Assembly (NCBI GenBank): GCA_965644295.1
Contig: CBFFRP010000406.1
Span: 248,001 to 312,000, forward strand
Direction: 5' to 3'
DNA from: Paraphysomonas bandaiensis
Lineage: Eukaryota; Protista; Chrysophyceae
Length of the DNA stretch: 64,000 nucleotides
The translations under genes were made by a program, and so were the position numbers. The notes under the pieces are model-generated. The model worked only from the letters and a program-made list of their open reading frames with translations, made no database searches and was not told the DNA's origin. Shown piece by piece: positions 38,132-52,329 of the stretch. Position 1 is the stretch's first letter. Every line of letters begins with the position of its first letter.

Positions 38132-39958
38132 CTACCTTCGAAGTGATTGCTTCTTTTCTACTAGAACAGTCGATGTGATGCCATGATCAGATGGAAATTT
38201 CAAGGTGGGAAATACCATGTTGTCCACATACACTCTACGTCCAGTGTTGTCTTTCCTCGTTTCCATGACATCAAAATCGGCACTAAAAAACATGATAAAG
38301 TCCTTAGGATTTTTGTCTCCTTTGATGTCTTTTTCTTCATATGTGATAGCCTTATTGAGCTGGGGCTGGAGGTACGTGCGGGCATGAAATGTTGTGAAGT
38401 TCTTTGGGTTGGGATGAGGACCGTAGCACGTATTCATGTTGAGAGCAGTATAAAACGCGGCGAAATCGGTCACACCCTGCTGATCAGACAGTGGACTAGC
38501 GTAAGTATTGGCATCCATTCCAAAGAGCAATTTGTGATGCGGGCGTGCGTAGGTGGCATACTCACGGACAGCGGTAACAACGGACTTTGTTGCCAGTCCA
38601 TTGGTATCGCCATGGAAGCTAGCCAGTAGGTACATGACGCCATCGTCAGCTTGCTTCGCTTCCATCACAAACAAGTCCCCATCCATAACGGGGAGGTTGG
38701 CATCTGTATGCTTAGAATTATACAAGTCCACCACCTCACGAGTTAGATCCGCAACTTCCATATACTTCCCTTTCGCAAGCAAAATGATAGAGTTCTGATC
38801 ACGTTTGCTATCAAGAGCTGAAGGAATATGTACATCAAACATTGTCGTAAGAGATTTGTCTTTTCGTGCAGCGTCCATGAATGACGATCCCACTTCCTGA
38901 AGAAATTGAATGTCATAGTCTCTATAGGTAGTTGACAGGATTTCTATCGATCGAGAATTCTTCTGGCGATTGAGCTTGGTACAAATTTCGTCACGGATAT
39001 TGTGCCATCCAGGCGACACTGAATTGAGCATATGCACGAGAATGGCATCAAATATAGCTAGAGACATAGTCTGTAGGGGGATAGATATCTTTGCTTCTTC
39101 AGTGGATATGGCAGGGTACTTCGACTGTTTAATTGGCTGCAGCATGTCTTGTACCTTTGTCGTTCCACTGTTGAGAGAGATCGGTTGCGAAAACATGAAT
39201 CGTTTCCAGTGATCCCACCACTTTTCCATAGAATCCAAGCTCTCAGTATAGCAATTCATAACGGTTGGGCGCATGACGTCACCTTTTGTCGTGCTAATAG
39301 TATTGGTGATGCGATCAGGCATTGACGTGAGTCGCTTTTTACCAATCAGATCATCGCGAATGAACTCGGATATAACTTTACGGTTCTTATATTCGTCATT
39401 CCAGCGAGCTTCAGTTTCTTCTACACCATTCCAATTTGCTGCTTTCATTAAATCCTTCAGCTCAGTGAACATACCCTGTGTTTCCTGTCAGAAGAGGGTG
39501 CTGTTGTGGTGAACATTACCTCTGTGAATACTTGAGAAACAGGAATGTCCTTGTCACCAGGATTCTTAATAAACTCCGACACCCCTTGCATTAGAGTGTT
39601 ATACTTGGGGTCTTCATTCGTAATCCAGTACTCTGTACAGGTAATGGGAATTCCATTAGAGCGGGAAATACACAGTGGGCAATCACGTACCGAAAGGGTT
39701 ATTATTTATCGCAGCCATATTCCATGTCAACGCCTTAACAGTCTTTGATGGTGCTGTGGAAAACCTTCTAATAATATTTATACTCCCAAATCCTGTTGTC
39801 AGGTGAGCGTATGGCACCCCTTAACATATATAAGAGACCCTGTTACCTGCAAACCCCAGCATTGCAATGATCCCTATAGGAGTCAACAATCGAATCCAAG
39901 GAGAGTTCCTCTTTCCTGTTACTTTAACCATAAGTTCTTTCGATGACTCCGATGGCAT
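38132..39958 (-). CDS. Endonuclease/exonuclease/phosphatase (EEP) family protein with N-terminal TM anchor (4 exons)
   Basis: Catalytic motifs in order LTWN, FLQEV, SFHGD, FGMDAN, KDFI, PSDH; hydrophobic segment LLTPIGIIAMLGFA near the N-terminus; three short introns. Confidence 0.85.
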
Positions 39959-40562
39959 TAATATTAAGGAGGCAGGTGACACTTATTGTGTAGAGTGTAA
40001 AGCATTGTTGTGTGAAGGGATTGTCCTGTGCGACATTCAAAGCACCCGTAAAACTCTCTTTTTGTGGTAAAATGGGGATATATGACCTGAAAATCATTGC
40101 AGTGTCGTAAATATTGGGGTTTTCGAAATTCTACTGGATGAGATGTGTGTGGTTTTGGTGTCTTACTGCTGTTTGTGAAATATATGCCCTATGTACACTG
40201 CAGTATACACCGTATACTGAGAACATGAGTATTTCCTCTCCTTCTCACAAAATTGTCTAATTTCTAAGTCGGTTAGAATATAAATATATGCTATTTTCAA
40301 TTTAAAGCAATTCATCTGTTGAAAAGTAGGGTTTATAAGGCTGTGATAGGTATGAATAGTACTCCTACGTACTGTCTGTTACCTCTGTACTGTTACGTAC
40401 AGTATTTCTTCCAGTAAAATGATGAGTTTGAAATCATATCAAGCGAAAGGTGGGAGGAATTATTGTTCTCTTTGATGGTGGCCGTATAGTATGACTATAA
40501 CAGTTCACAAGTAAACACTCTTTTACTGTCACATCGATATAAGGGGCTGATACAGAAGCGTG

Positions 40563-41625
40563 ATGATCACGGAAGCATTAATTATAAGGCAGTCTGGAGA
40601 GTATGATTGTGAAGTTATCACTAAACTCAAAATTGAAAAGTTGGGTGAGTTACCTTATTTGTATATCCATCGAACCTGCCTATTATGTCTGTACATGATA
40701 GCAATCACAATATCTGCTGGATGTATAACTCGAAGTGTCTGTAGGAATTCAGAAAATATCTAATCTCGATAATTGCACTTCACTCATCGACTTGAGCCTG
40801 GCAAACAATGATGTACGCATGAATGATGTGTGGTTCTAATATGACACGGCTGTGTAGATAATGCAGATCAGCGGGCTAGATTGTCTTGTGTCCCTGAAAA
40901 GGTTGAATTTATCCTTTAATAAAATACGAAGAATAGGCACGCGTATTGTGTTAATATATTTTCATTTCGTCTGACTTCTGTTTACAGAGAATGTATTGGA
41001 ACTTGAAAATCTCGAATATTTTGATTTAAGAGCGAATTCAATATCCCAAATGGATGATGTTGTTGGCTTGGGCAAGGTGCATACTCATAGATGTTTGAAT
41101 TAATTTTAAGTTGTTTTCTGGACTAGTTACCGAAATTGTCTAACTTGGCGCTTCGAGGATTGGGTGGGGATGATGCGAATCCAGGTGTGTGTGTATTTTT
41201 TTCTACGTTGTAATCCTTTATATACTTTAATGCAGTTTGTCAACATCCCGCGTACCGATCGATAATCACGCGCTCTCTGCCTAATCTAACAATACTCGAC
41301 GGTATGTGCTGGTTGTGTTATTTCACATTGTGACATGCGTTCAGGAGGACTCATGGGACTCATAGAAGCATCAGATGAAATTGAAAAGCATTTGGAATCT
41401 TTGCAGCCCCAGAACCAAGACGATGAAGAAGCATCTGCGATCACTCCTTGGATAGATGCTGAGTCACTTAAAGATGCATCTGATCCTGTTGATATTGAAA
41501 GCTTTATGGATCGGTTCCCAGAACTTAGAAACGCACATGACAGAGCGGAAGACATGCTACGGGAAGATTCTGCTCACGTTCTTCGCCAGGCCTCCGCAGC
41601 TTTGAATAAAGCTAAAGTGAAATAG
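40563..41625 (+). CDS. Leucine-rich repeat protein, LRRC61-like (about 7 exons)
   Basis: Spliced product ITEALIIRQSGEYD..LKIEKLG-IQKISNLDNCTSLIDLSLANND-IMQISGLDCLVSLKRLNLSFNKI..NPVCQHPAYRSIITRSLPNLTILDG has SDS22-type LRRs and an LRRcap. Confidence 0.75.
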
Positions 41626-42839
41626 TTTGTCGTAGAAGTTGTATATATATAATCGTGTTGTGGAAATGTAGTGGGTACATATCATTTACTTATGTAACAA
41701 CGTTAAAACAAGGATGATAAGGTATTGCCTTTAAATACATGTAAGCAGAAGTTGTATGTTTGTAAATGGGAGAGTGTCAAGATGCATGCTCGTATGCTCA
41801 TGGTATGTGATATGACGTGTGGAAATTTTCTACCCTCAGAAATTGTTGCAATCTGCTCTCTGTGATAGCATACGTTTGTTCAAACCATTATATTAGTAAT
41901 AATGGTGGATCGGTTGTGAATATTTTAGTAGTAATCAAACGAAGGTAAAATTGCAATATATATATATATATGCAACAATACTCTTTAAGGAATGTTGCTT
42001 GGGCAACTATATTCTTTCTTCTTTGCTTCAAGTAATATGATTCGAACGTTCTTATTTCCTTACAAATAACACGTTTTCTAGTTGAAATATCTCCACAAAC
42101 TGATTTGATAGTTCTCTCCGCTTTTGAGATTTAACCCACAGGATTTTCGTAGTCTAATGTATATCGTGCAACTGACATTAAACTCCTTATAGTGACACTT
42201 GGGATATCAGATTAAATTTAGAAGATAGTTAAAATCTAGTAGTATAGACTCATATCAAAGTATTTTTTCTCATTATCCACGGAATGATCCTCAATTTAGG
42301 TCAATACTAACTTAGGTGCACCATAAATGCAGAACTGTAGTTTTCTAATCCATAGCGGCATGCAGGTGATTCATGGAGTAGGTTCCTGTAACCGTTAGCA
42401 TATAGCATTGTAGCACGCTGATGGCCCCGAGTTCTACCATCCTCTTGAAACAGTCGCCCATTCAACTCATTCTACGAAGCATAGCAAGATCGGCCTGCCT
42501 TGCAATGGGACACAGTGGCCATCACATACAGTGCGTATTCCCTGGTATTATCAACAGAATACAGCAGCTGTATTCTGGTATACAGGCAGCAGGTGTGGAT
42601 TCTGATAAGATAGCGAGACAGCAGGCAGCAGTGAGCCATATGAGGAGAACACGACGACTCACACATGAGCTGATCGCTTGATAAGACATGCATTCCCGCT
42701 CAACCATGCTCTAGAAACCATCCACCCTTAAGCAGACCCTCTGCTGGATCTTGTGAGTGTATGAAGATAAAAGGAAACTATTTGCTGCGGATGTTTACTG
42801 CGATATTTTCTTGTGGTTAAATAGGAGAAAATAACTAAA

Positions 42840-45800
42840 ATGGCAAAGGAATTAGTGCTCAATATACTCGCTAATGTACTAGGTGATTACATTGAGGGGT
42901 TTTCCAAAGAGAATTTGAAAATTGGGATTTTGTCTGGAAAAATTGTTTTGAAGAATCTGAAGATTAATGAGTCTGGTATTCGTAAACTGAATCTTCCATT
43001 CAATGTCACACAAGGGATTGTCAAGCAACTAGATGTTTGTATTCCGTGGAAAGCATTAGATAGTCAGCCAGTTAAGATATTTATTGACGGTGTGTATGTG
43101 TTACTTGAGCCTCAAGATTGTAGTGGATCTGATCCTGGGTTTGCACATCGGAGAGTTTTGTTTTTAAACCAGTACAGACTCTTCAGGGTTGAAAAAACAG
43201 TTGAATTAAAAGCACAGTTATCAAATCCAGATGATTTTCGGCGTGTATCTTATATGCGAAATCTTACTGCGAAGATAATCGACAATCTGGAGATAAGTGT
43301 TACGAATATTCACGTCCGTTGTGAGGACGCTATAACTTTTCCACTTCAGACGATATCATTTGGTATAACCTTTGCATCCTTTTCTATAATCACAACAAAC
43401 AGTGAGTGGCAGGATTCCTATATCTCTGATAGTGATGGACTACCCAAGTACAAATTGGCTAGTCTTCGGGACTTTTCAGTGTATTGGGATACAGACAGTG
43501 CTACGTCAACGATGCTGAAGTTCGACGACTGGGTTCGATTTATGCAAGGAGCTATATATAAGGCGTCTGGTAACGACTCGAATAAGTGGCGCAGGCATTG
43601 TATAGTACTTCCTCCGAATGAGCTGCAGATTAAGCTTACCCACGATAGCCCTCACCTGGGCGTGAGGATAGAGAGCCCTGATCTCCAGTGCTGCTTTACT
43701 GAGCACCAGTACAAGCAAGCGATCATGGCATCTAGGGCTGTGTCAGTGTTCAATCATAAGCAATATTACGCTCGTCATCGGCCAGTAGGATTGCCATCTG
43801 TAAGTGGGAAGACTGCAAGAGCCTGGTGGAAATATGCACTATTACTCATCACAGAAAGAGAGGATATTCTCGTTGATAAGGTATTCTATCCACCTCTTTG
43901 GAGTTAATTTATATAACGCATTTTGCAGATGACTCTAGCTATGGCGTGTTGTCGATATCGGAGACGATATGTGGACCTAATAGTTCGCCGTCAGAGTCAC
44001 GGAGATGGACTGGATGCAAGCTCTCCTCTCTGTGAGAAAGAAGAACAAGAGGTCGAAACGATGGAGAGCTCGTTACCGCTGTTTACACTGGTCGTCTTTC
44101 GGGAACTGGCCACTCGGGAATATGTGCTTTACCGACGAAGAATGATACGGCGTGAGCGTGAAGGATGGGGAGACAAGATGAAAGACATAGGGCGGGGGGT
44201 AAGATCCAGAGCTGCATCCATACAATCACGTTGGGTATCCCGGTTGATGCACGGGCATAGTGTCCAGGACAAATACAGGACTCGATCTGATAGTGCGGGG
44301 AGCAGTCCCGAGGGAGTTGTTGAGGGGATGGCAGAGGTATGCACAGCATGTCTATATAGGGTCGCTCAATAGTATACTCTGCAGTTACAGGAAGATCTGA
44401 GCAAAGCTCTGGGGTTAGAGGAGGAAAACTTGTCTCTGTCTTTCACACTGGATGTGACTGTAGGAACCAGTTTAGTGCTGACTGTGCGGGATGATGACAT
44501 GACGGACTTGGCTTCTCTTTCAGCATCTGCTGCGTTGGGTCTGAATCTTCGTCCAGGTCATCTCTCCGCATCGGTGTCACTTAATCGCCTGGAGGTCCGC
44601 GATGAGCGCGCTCCATCTCCCCTCTTTTCACACCTCGTTAAAAGCGCTGGTGGTATGTCAATTGGTCGTGGTGATACAGAGTCCCCGCTGTTTAGGGCAT
44701 TGTATGAGAAGGATGGTTGCCACTCGAAAGTAATGGTTTCAGCACTTCCGCTAGAGATCTACTACAATCACATATGCATCGAAAAACTGCTACGAGTATT
44801 TGTTCTTCCTCCCTGCATCCCATCCAATCAGTATAAGATACGTCGAAAGTATCGTAATAGGCATGTGTCAGTAGACTCATCTTTTTCTCTCCACAGGACC
44901 CTGAATCAAACCTTGCCATTTCCAGTGGCCGATGATGCAGCGGAGGTGAGTCCTTCCCACTTGGAGGACTCATGGCCAAAATTCGAGGCCATGCGCCGTG
45001 ATAATGGGGTTGGCACACAATTCGCCACCCTCTCGGTCTCTCTGGAAGTGAGTGCTCCGAAGATTGTGATCCCTGTACACGTGAGTCGGGACTGTGGCTA
45101 CATACTAGTCGATGCGGGGTATCTATCAATGAGTGCTATGTTCAACGTATGGGAAACCACTTGTAGCATGGCTCTGTCTGATGTTAGTGTTGATATGTAT
45201 TCCACCTTTGAAAATATAGACGAAATGAATTGCGGTCGTATTGGATCCAGTTTGATTCTTCCATTTGTGGTTAATGTATGTGGTCGTAATACTGGCCAGA
45301 AAGTGACTTGTGCTGCTGTCGACATCGTTGTTTCTCCGAGCATATGCATTCAACTCAACGCTGTGCAGTTATCAAAGCTAATACACATAGTGGATGCAAT
45401 TTTGACGACTCTAAAGAATGCTGGAATATATCGTGAAATCCAATCTCCTTTTCCGTTATCCTCCATCCAAATCGAAGATGATGTTAGAGTTATTCAAGCT
45501 AAGAGTGTTGACCTAATATCTTTCGAGGTTAATCTTACGGTCGCTGTGGACAAATTCAGTTTGTCTCTGCAGCACGGTATTCTTTCGAAGTGTGCTCATC
45601 AGTGTACAACTTTACATGCCCATGACATGAAACTTGTTGCGTCGAAACGCCTGCATGATATTTGTGTTGAGTTAGAATTAGGATCATTCAACGTTGAGGA
45701 TTCCGCACGGCCATCCAATCAACTGCAAGTTATATCTAGCCCTGTGACAGACAACGACAGAATTATTCAGATATCTTTTGTTGCTATTCGCGACACAATG

Positions 45801-48800
45801 TCTGCACGATACCGTGACTATGGAGTTGAGATTGAAATGAAGTTTGGAAAACTCTTTTTATATTCAGACTCGTCTGCCATCAAGCACCTTTCTCCTTTCG
45901 TTGAGGCTGTATGTAGTGCGAGGACAGGCAATGACTTGGTTACCCCGATGGCACCAGTGCAATATCATATGCAATGTGCTGCAGAAGAGTTGTATGTTCC
46001 TGCAGGTGTATGCATATCAGTAAGCTTAGAAGAAGTCTCTTTACATCTGATGAGGCCTGCTAACAGTGTGCATCATCACGATTCGGGTGAATTCGCAGAA
46101 TTGGAAAGCGTGATTGTGCTTGATATGCAATATTTTCATGGCGATATAAAGTTTAGCGATGAGGTTCGTGCAAGTATGGGAATTAAGTCAATATCAATTC
46201 TCGATGCTCGAAATATTAGTCAAGATTATCATTATAGGTACCTATTGCGCCCGAATACTGAGCTTACAGGTAATAGTGACTCTAGTTCGGACCAGTTTAA
46301 CTGCTTTGCTGTTATCACGAAAAACGTAGAAGGGTTTGAATGCTCATTGGATGTATCTGTGAATAATATTTCTTGTTACGTTTCCTTGGATGTCGTCATG
46401 GATATTATAGATGTGTCCTTGACACTTATTGGCGAAGTGAATCGGTTGATGTCATGTATTGTTTTCTCGCGCTCATCTCTGGCGTCTGTAGATGTCGATG
46501 TCCCCACAATAGTTCATGGACATATTCAAATACCGAATCCAACGTGTGTCTTTCTTGAGGACCCAACATCTGCAACTTCTCGAGCAGTAGTTTTCAGCAG
46601 CTCTATAAGCATTAAACTAGGTCACGATTGCGTTAATCAAATACAATCCTTCGATGCTGAATGGACAGCAACACTATACGTGTCAATGTACCATTGTGAA
46701 ATGTTCGTCGTATTGAATATGATTGAGTGGCGCCCTTCGAAGCTCTTGCAGCCAATGTCACTTCAACTCCACGTGACTAGAGTTTCTGAACGTAACATCG
46801 TAACATCGTGCAATGTGTCATTAAGTGTAGATGAAATCAATGCCCGAATAATGATGAGTGATGTTCTACTAATGCACTCTATCCTGATGAGAAGAACTCT
46901 ATTTGATTCTGTTCTACCGTTAGCTGAAGTTGTTTCAGATGTTGACTTATATGATATTGTCAATGGTCCTAGCATGCACGACTTTATGAAAGTGGCTATG
47001 GCTGTATCGAACGGCCCGTGTGCTAATAACACAGTTGTAGCTTCTAAACCTGTGTCTGTAGTTATATACAAGGTATATGTCATTCTTGCCAAGAGCACAA
47101 TATTTCTACTCAATGATTTGGATGGTGGTGTCATACCACTGGTTCGCTTAGTTTTAGACCAAGCACATTTTAAGGCAGATGGATTTACTCAAGACATTAG
47201 AGGTTTGGGTTCTGCATCAGTCAATGCCGATGTATATAACAGTCTGGTATGTGAGTGGGAGCCACTTGTTGAAGAGTTCTATCCAGAGCTGACATTATCC
47301 AGTGATTCGTCATCATGCTCTGTGAGCATTCAGTACGCTAATACTCTTCAACTTAATCTTACGAGCTCCGCTCTGGAATTGATGTGTCAAACGTATAGTG
47401 TCTTAAAGAGCGAATTAACATCTTCACATCCAGTCTCCAGAGATAACTCTGGCCCTCCAGTAACCATTCACAACGAAACTGGTTTGTGTATAGATATATG
47501 TTCCTCCGATGGCTGTTTAGTTCAATTGTCCGCGAATGATGCTGCTTCCCTGCACGTTGGAGGGAGTGTAAGTGCTATCATACCTCAAAGATTGGAGTCT
47601 GATAGTGTCAAAACTGTTGTGGTTCCAATTCTTACGGATGCAGTGACTCTTCGAGTGAAAGATAAGGACAATAACTCATATCGGGCGATTACTGGTGCAT
47701 CATTTGATAAAAATGGCTCTAGTTACTACCCCCTTGTGTTACCTGATGAGGTTTTGGAATCGTCGGCACCAATAATATTGGAGTGGAATGTAACTCGTCT
47801 ACCTTATGACGACTGTAAAGTTGTAACGATTAGTTCAACTCTAGCAGTGAAAAATGAGCTTTCTTACGCCGTGCTATTGTGTACTGATTCTGGCGAGGAG
47901 TTGGGACCTTGTAATGAGTACGGTATGATATATGTGCCAATTTCAGTTGCTCAAACTGCATGGCTTAAAGTGAAGCCCGCGTATATACCGTGTAGCTGGA
48001 GTGGGGAATTTATGTGTGCTGAGAAATGTGATGGCACGGTAGTTGATGTGGATGGTATGTGCACGGATGAGATGAATGCTTGCTCTCTGTATATAAGGGG
48101 GCGAGTTATTCGACGTGCGAAAACTACCCTGGTGACACTGTATACCCCTGCTGAAATAAAAAATTCCTTGCCCTGCTCCATCCAGTACAGAATAGAAAGC
48201 AATGTGGGGGATAATAGAGGAATGACATATTTAGTGGAGCGTGGATCTCTCGAACCTGGATCAACTGGGCAATTAAACTACCTGAATACATCCCAAGAAA
48301 TTCAAGTGTCTTTGAAATTGTCATCGCATTGCTGGGCAAGCAGTAAAAGTTTTAAAGCATCAAAAAGACAGCATCTAACCAATATACCTTTTTTGAACGA
48401 ATCCGGACAAATTGTGCTCATATTGTCCATTATCTATACTTTTCATGATTCGAGACCATGTAGTTTGTATATTTTTAGCACACACATGTTGGTGGATCGT
48501 TCTGGCCTAAATGTTAGTATATCAACTCGCGTAGAGAAAGACAGCACCGCTAGACTGGTTCGACACACGTATAATCATTTGGGTGATATATCGCAGTATT
48601 CTTTTACGCGGTCAACTCAGGTTCTGGAAGACATTGATGACAGTTGCAGTAGTGAATCAAGCACTGATGATGGAAGTGTTGTCATTGGGGAATTTTCTGT
48701 ACGAAGTCGGCGGCGATATGAAGTAATTCAAGGGGGTATCGGGACGAAAGTGCATACGGATAGAGGATTGACGTTCACATATGTCCCTGTGTTATTTCGT

Positions 48801-51800
48801 GGACAAACCTTTATATCTACGCCATGTGATGACCGGGCAATTATAATTGAAAAGGGTCATGATATGATCAGATTTTCAGTTGACCGACTGGCTATGGTGT
48901 TTGTACTCTTTGATCGGCGCGTTAGCACGCCCCCAGCATGGGTATCAGATGGGGGTTTTCGAAAAGTATTGGATCAGTGTATCGCTCGTGACACACAGCT
49001 GTTGCGAGGTGGTATTGCGAAAGAAATTCAGCTCGCAATGTATGGGAAAGTGTTTGGGGCACACGACACAGTTTCTTTAGGATGTAACTACTCTATTGAT
49101 GCTCGAGATATGTACTGTGTCTACATACTTCCCGGATGCAAAACTCAAATCAATTCTGATTTGTGGAATCAGGTGACTTATGATGCATCTTTAAAATCAA
49201 GCATAACAGAGAGGTGTTGGGTAGTTGGATGTCATGGCGTATCTTTATTTCATTGTGAAAATGGAAGAATTAAACTGGCCATTAATAAGTGTGCTGCGTG
49301 GACGGATACTAGTCTGAGCATTAAGACTATAGGAACTGAGAAAGTCCCATTTGAAATTGATGATAAAAATGCAGGATTGAGTTATCAGTTGGCGTATGCA
49401 TTACAGACTCTCCCCTCAATGTTTGAACATACTAGCGTCATGACAGTTATGCCTAGATATTGCATCGTCAATTGCACAGGAGAGCCAATCAGTGTTCGCC
49501 AGCTTGGAGTGACAAGTGATAACAAGGGTAGCACAGCTTTTGTCCTTCATGTGGGTGCCTATGACTGTCGTGCATGGCATAAAACTGGCTTTAAAACGAC
49601 TTGTATTCAGTTGAAAGGTCAATCGACGGGTTGGTGTTTTGGTCACGTAGATATTAATGAAATTGGGAGTTACCAAGTGTTTTTACCGTTTTTGCAGTCG
49701 GGTATGCATATTTTTCCCACCATAATAAATGTTGAAGTAAAAATAGCCGATCGTCAAGATAACTGTGCTGTCAGCATTATTTTGTGGCGAGCGAATGATG
49801 GGTTTCGCGCTCCGGTGTCGATTAAAAATGATTCGCACCATGCTGTAACTGTCCTGCAAGATTTGTCTGGCAAAGGATTTGATCGTGACAATACGTTCTC
49901 TACATATTGTTCTGTGACTGTGCCTTCAAAAGTGTGGATACCATATGGTTGGTCATTCCCTGACAGAGACCAGAAAGTTTTAATTACACTAGGTAATTCG
50001 TTTGAAATTACACCACAACGAAGTGTAGTGGACCTAACCCAAGTTGGAATGAATTATGTTCTCTCTGACCTTGTTCATGTGCAAGTAGAGGCACAACCCA
50101 GTGGACGAGTTGTTCGAATTATGGATCGCGTGTCCCAAGATCCTGATGATATCTCAATAGACTCACCGGAACTTGTTTCCACAAGTCCAGCTAAAATTTA
50201 TCAGATATCTTGCAACTTTACATCCATTGGTGTATCCCTTATCGCTGATACTCCTCAACGTAGGGAGATTATAAGCTTATATGCTGATAAACTTATTATA
50301 AAATTAGTACAGTCTTGTGACATGCTCTCTGTAGAGTGCAGCATACATGATGTCCAGATAGACAATTACTCTGACACTGTTATTCATCCAGTACTTCTCA
50401 GTCGTTATAGGAGTGTAAGAGGAGGAACTAGAAGAAGTGACGATGAAAATACCCCATTTATTCAGATTGCGGCACTGAGACAAAAAATTCCTGGACCACC
50501 AACTACTTTTGTATTCAAGTATTTTACTGGTAGAATTTTACCACTGGTTGTAGAATTTGATTCAGGAACGGTCCAGCTTTTTATTGTAGATATGCTAAGC
50601 AATTTGGAAGCCGTGTCTGCGGACAGGAGAAAATCAGAGTCTTTCCCAGAGGAATGGATGCGCGAATATAACGGCGGTGTTCTGTCTCCATTATCAAGCA
50701 GATTTGTAGATGTCTATGATGCACAACTTTATGCGCAACAGTCTAAAATATTGTATGAGAAACTTGTGTTTCATCCAATAAAGGTGTTAGTGTCCTTTGT
50801 TGAGGCTGACTTACCGTCTGAGCGAGAATCGGATGCAGTTGTATCGCCATTGCTAGATGTTCTAGCATCCCTTGCAGCAGTTGACCTCGTTGAAATAAGA
50901 CTAAATTCATTCATAGTGTCCAATGCAGTTGAATCTTTACAAACTCTTCGAAACCGACTACAAGCAAAGGTCGCCCAAGACATACGCGGACAAATCGCTC
51001 AGATTGCGGGATCACTAACGGTGCTTGGTAGTCCTGCAGGACTGATGCGAAATATTGGAGGAGGAGTGCAGGTAAGAAGAGTGATTTATATTAACGCTTA
51101 CTTGATTTCTTGAGTATGTAGGATTTCTTCTATGAACCAGCAGCAGGACTGGTGCAAAGCCCTTTAGACTTTATAAAGGGCGTATCGACTGGTACAACTA
51201 GCCTAGTATCAGGAGTGATCGGTGGGACTTTGTCCTCCACTGCCTCTATCGTAAGCACAGCATCCAATGGACTGTCGTATCTCTCCGGAGATGCTGAGTT
51301 TGTCAAGAGCCGCACCATGACGAGGAAGAAGTCAATCGCAGCCAGGGGAGGCGCATTAGCAGGATTGAAAGATGGAGGAACAAGTATTTTGTCCGGAATT
51401 GCATCAGGAGTAACAGGAATATTTACTAAACCTATCACGGAGGCTCAGAGAGAAGGGCCAATTGGTTTTATGAAAGGGGTGGGCATGGGAGTAGCTGGTG
51501 CCGCGGTGAAGCCTGTTTTGGGTTTTACCGATGGGTTTTCCTCAATAGCCAAGGGTATATCTAATGAAGTAGGGGATACTTTGCCACCGGCTTCTCCCAT
51601 GCGTCCTCCACGTGCCTTCATTCGAACTACTGGAGGCATAACACCGAAAGTGCTATGTCCGTTAGATATGTCGTCTGCCTATTCCCAACGTTTGGTGCAT
51701 TTAAACGCGAATAGAAAATCCCTTACCGATGATTTTATCTGCGTCACCGCAGTTGATGAGACATTCCAGGTAGTTTTTTCTGAATTATTTGTGTTCTTGA

Positions 51801-52024
51801 CGAAAAACTACGACGAAGTGGTATGGAAAACTGAGTGGTCGAATATTCTTTGTGTTTTCATGGAAACTCCTACTACTGTAGAAATACTTCTATGTAGCGG
51901 AGACAGGAGGTTGATACAGTGTAAGGGAGAAAGAAGATGTTTGAAGCTGTACAAAGTTTTCTGTTGCAACGCACAGAAAGTGCAAAACCCGGCTGGTATG
52001 ATTGCGGAATCAGTGTGCGTTTAA
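42840..52024 (+). CDS. VPS13: VPS13-family bridge-like lipid transfer protein (exons 42840-43880, 43929-44336, 44385-51071, 51122-52024)
   Basis: Chorein-N (VLGDYIEGFSKENLKIGILSGKIVLKNL; IIDNLEISVTNIHVRCED), WEPLVE, VAB/SHR-BD repeats, QIDN, and C-terminal GSLTVLGSPAGL..GVQDFFYEP...GIFTKP..GFMKGVGMG..KPV plus a PH-like tail. Confidence 0.95.
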
Positions 52025-52329
52025 ATAATCTTTTTTGAACACATTAGAAGTTATGTGTGAGTGTATTACATTTGTTGTATAGTAGCCGAAAGATTTTGGT
52101 TTTGTTGTACCACTTAATATGGTAATTTTGATTTTAGAATTAAGGAGTGTCCATCAATATTGTTCTTTAGTACCATATCTGCATGCCAATATTGATTGAA
52201 CACGCATTCCAGAACTTCCACGTATATTAAAATGGAGCTGAAATACCCCAAACGGTTGATCTGTAGGAATTTGATTTGCTCTAAATTGATGAAGCTTTAT
52301 ATTTAGTAAAATACGAATAGGTACGTTGC

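Noticed and set aside
42350-42760. GC-richer coding-like stretch upstream of VPS13
   Set aside because: Only short ORFs with no identifiable homology.
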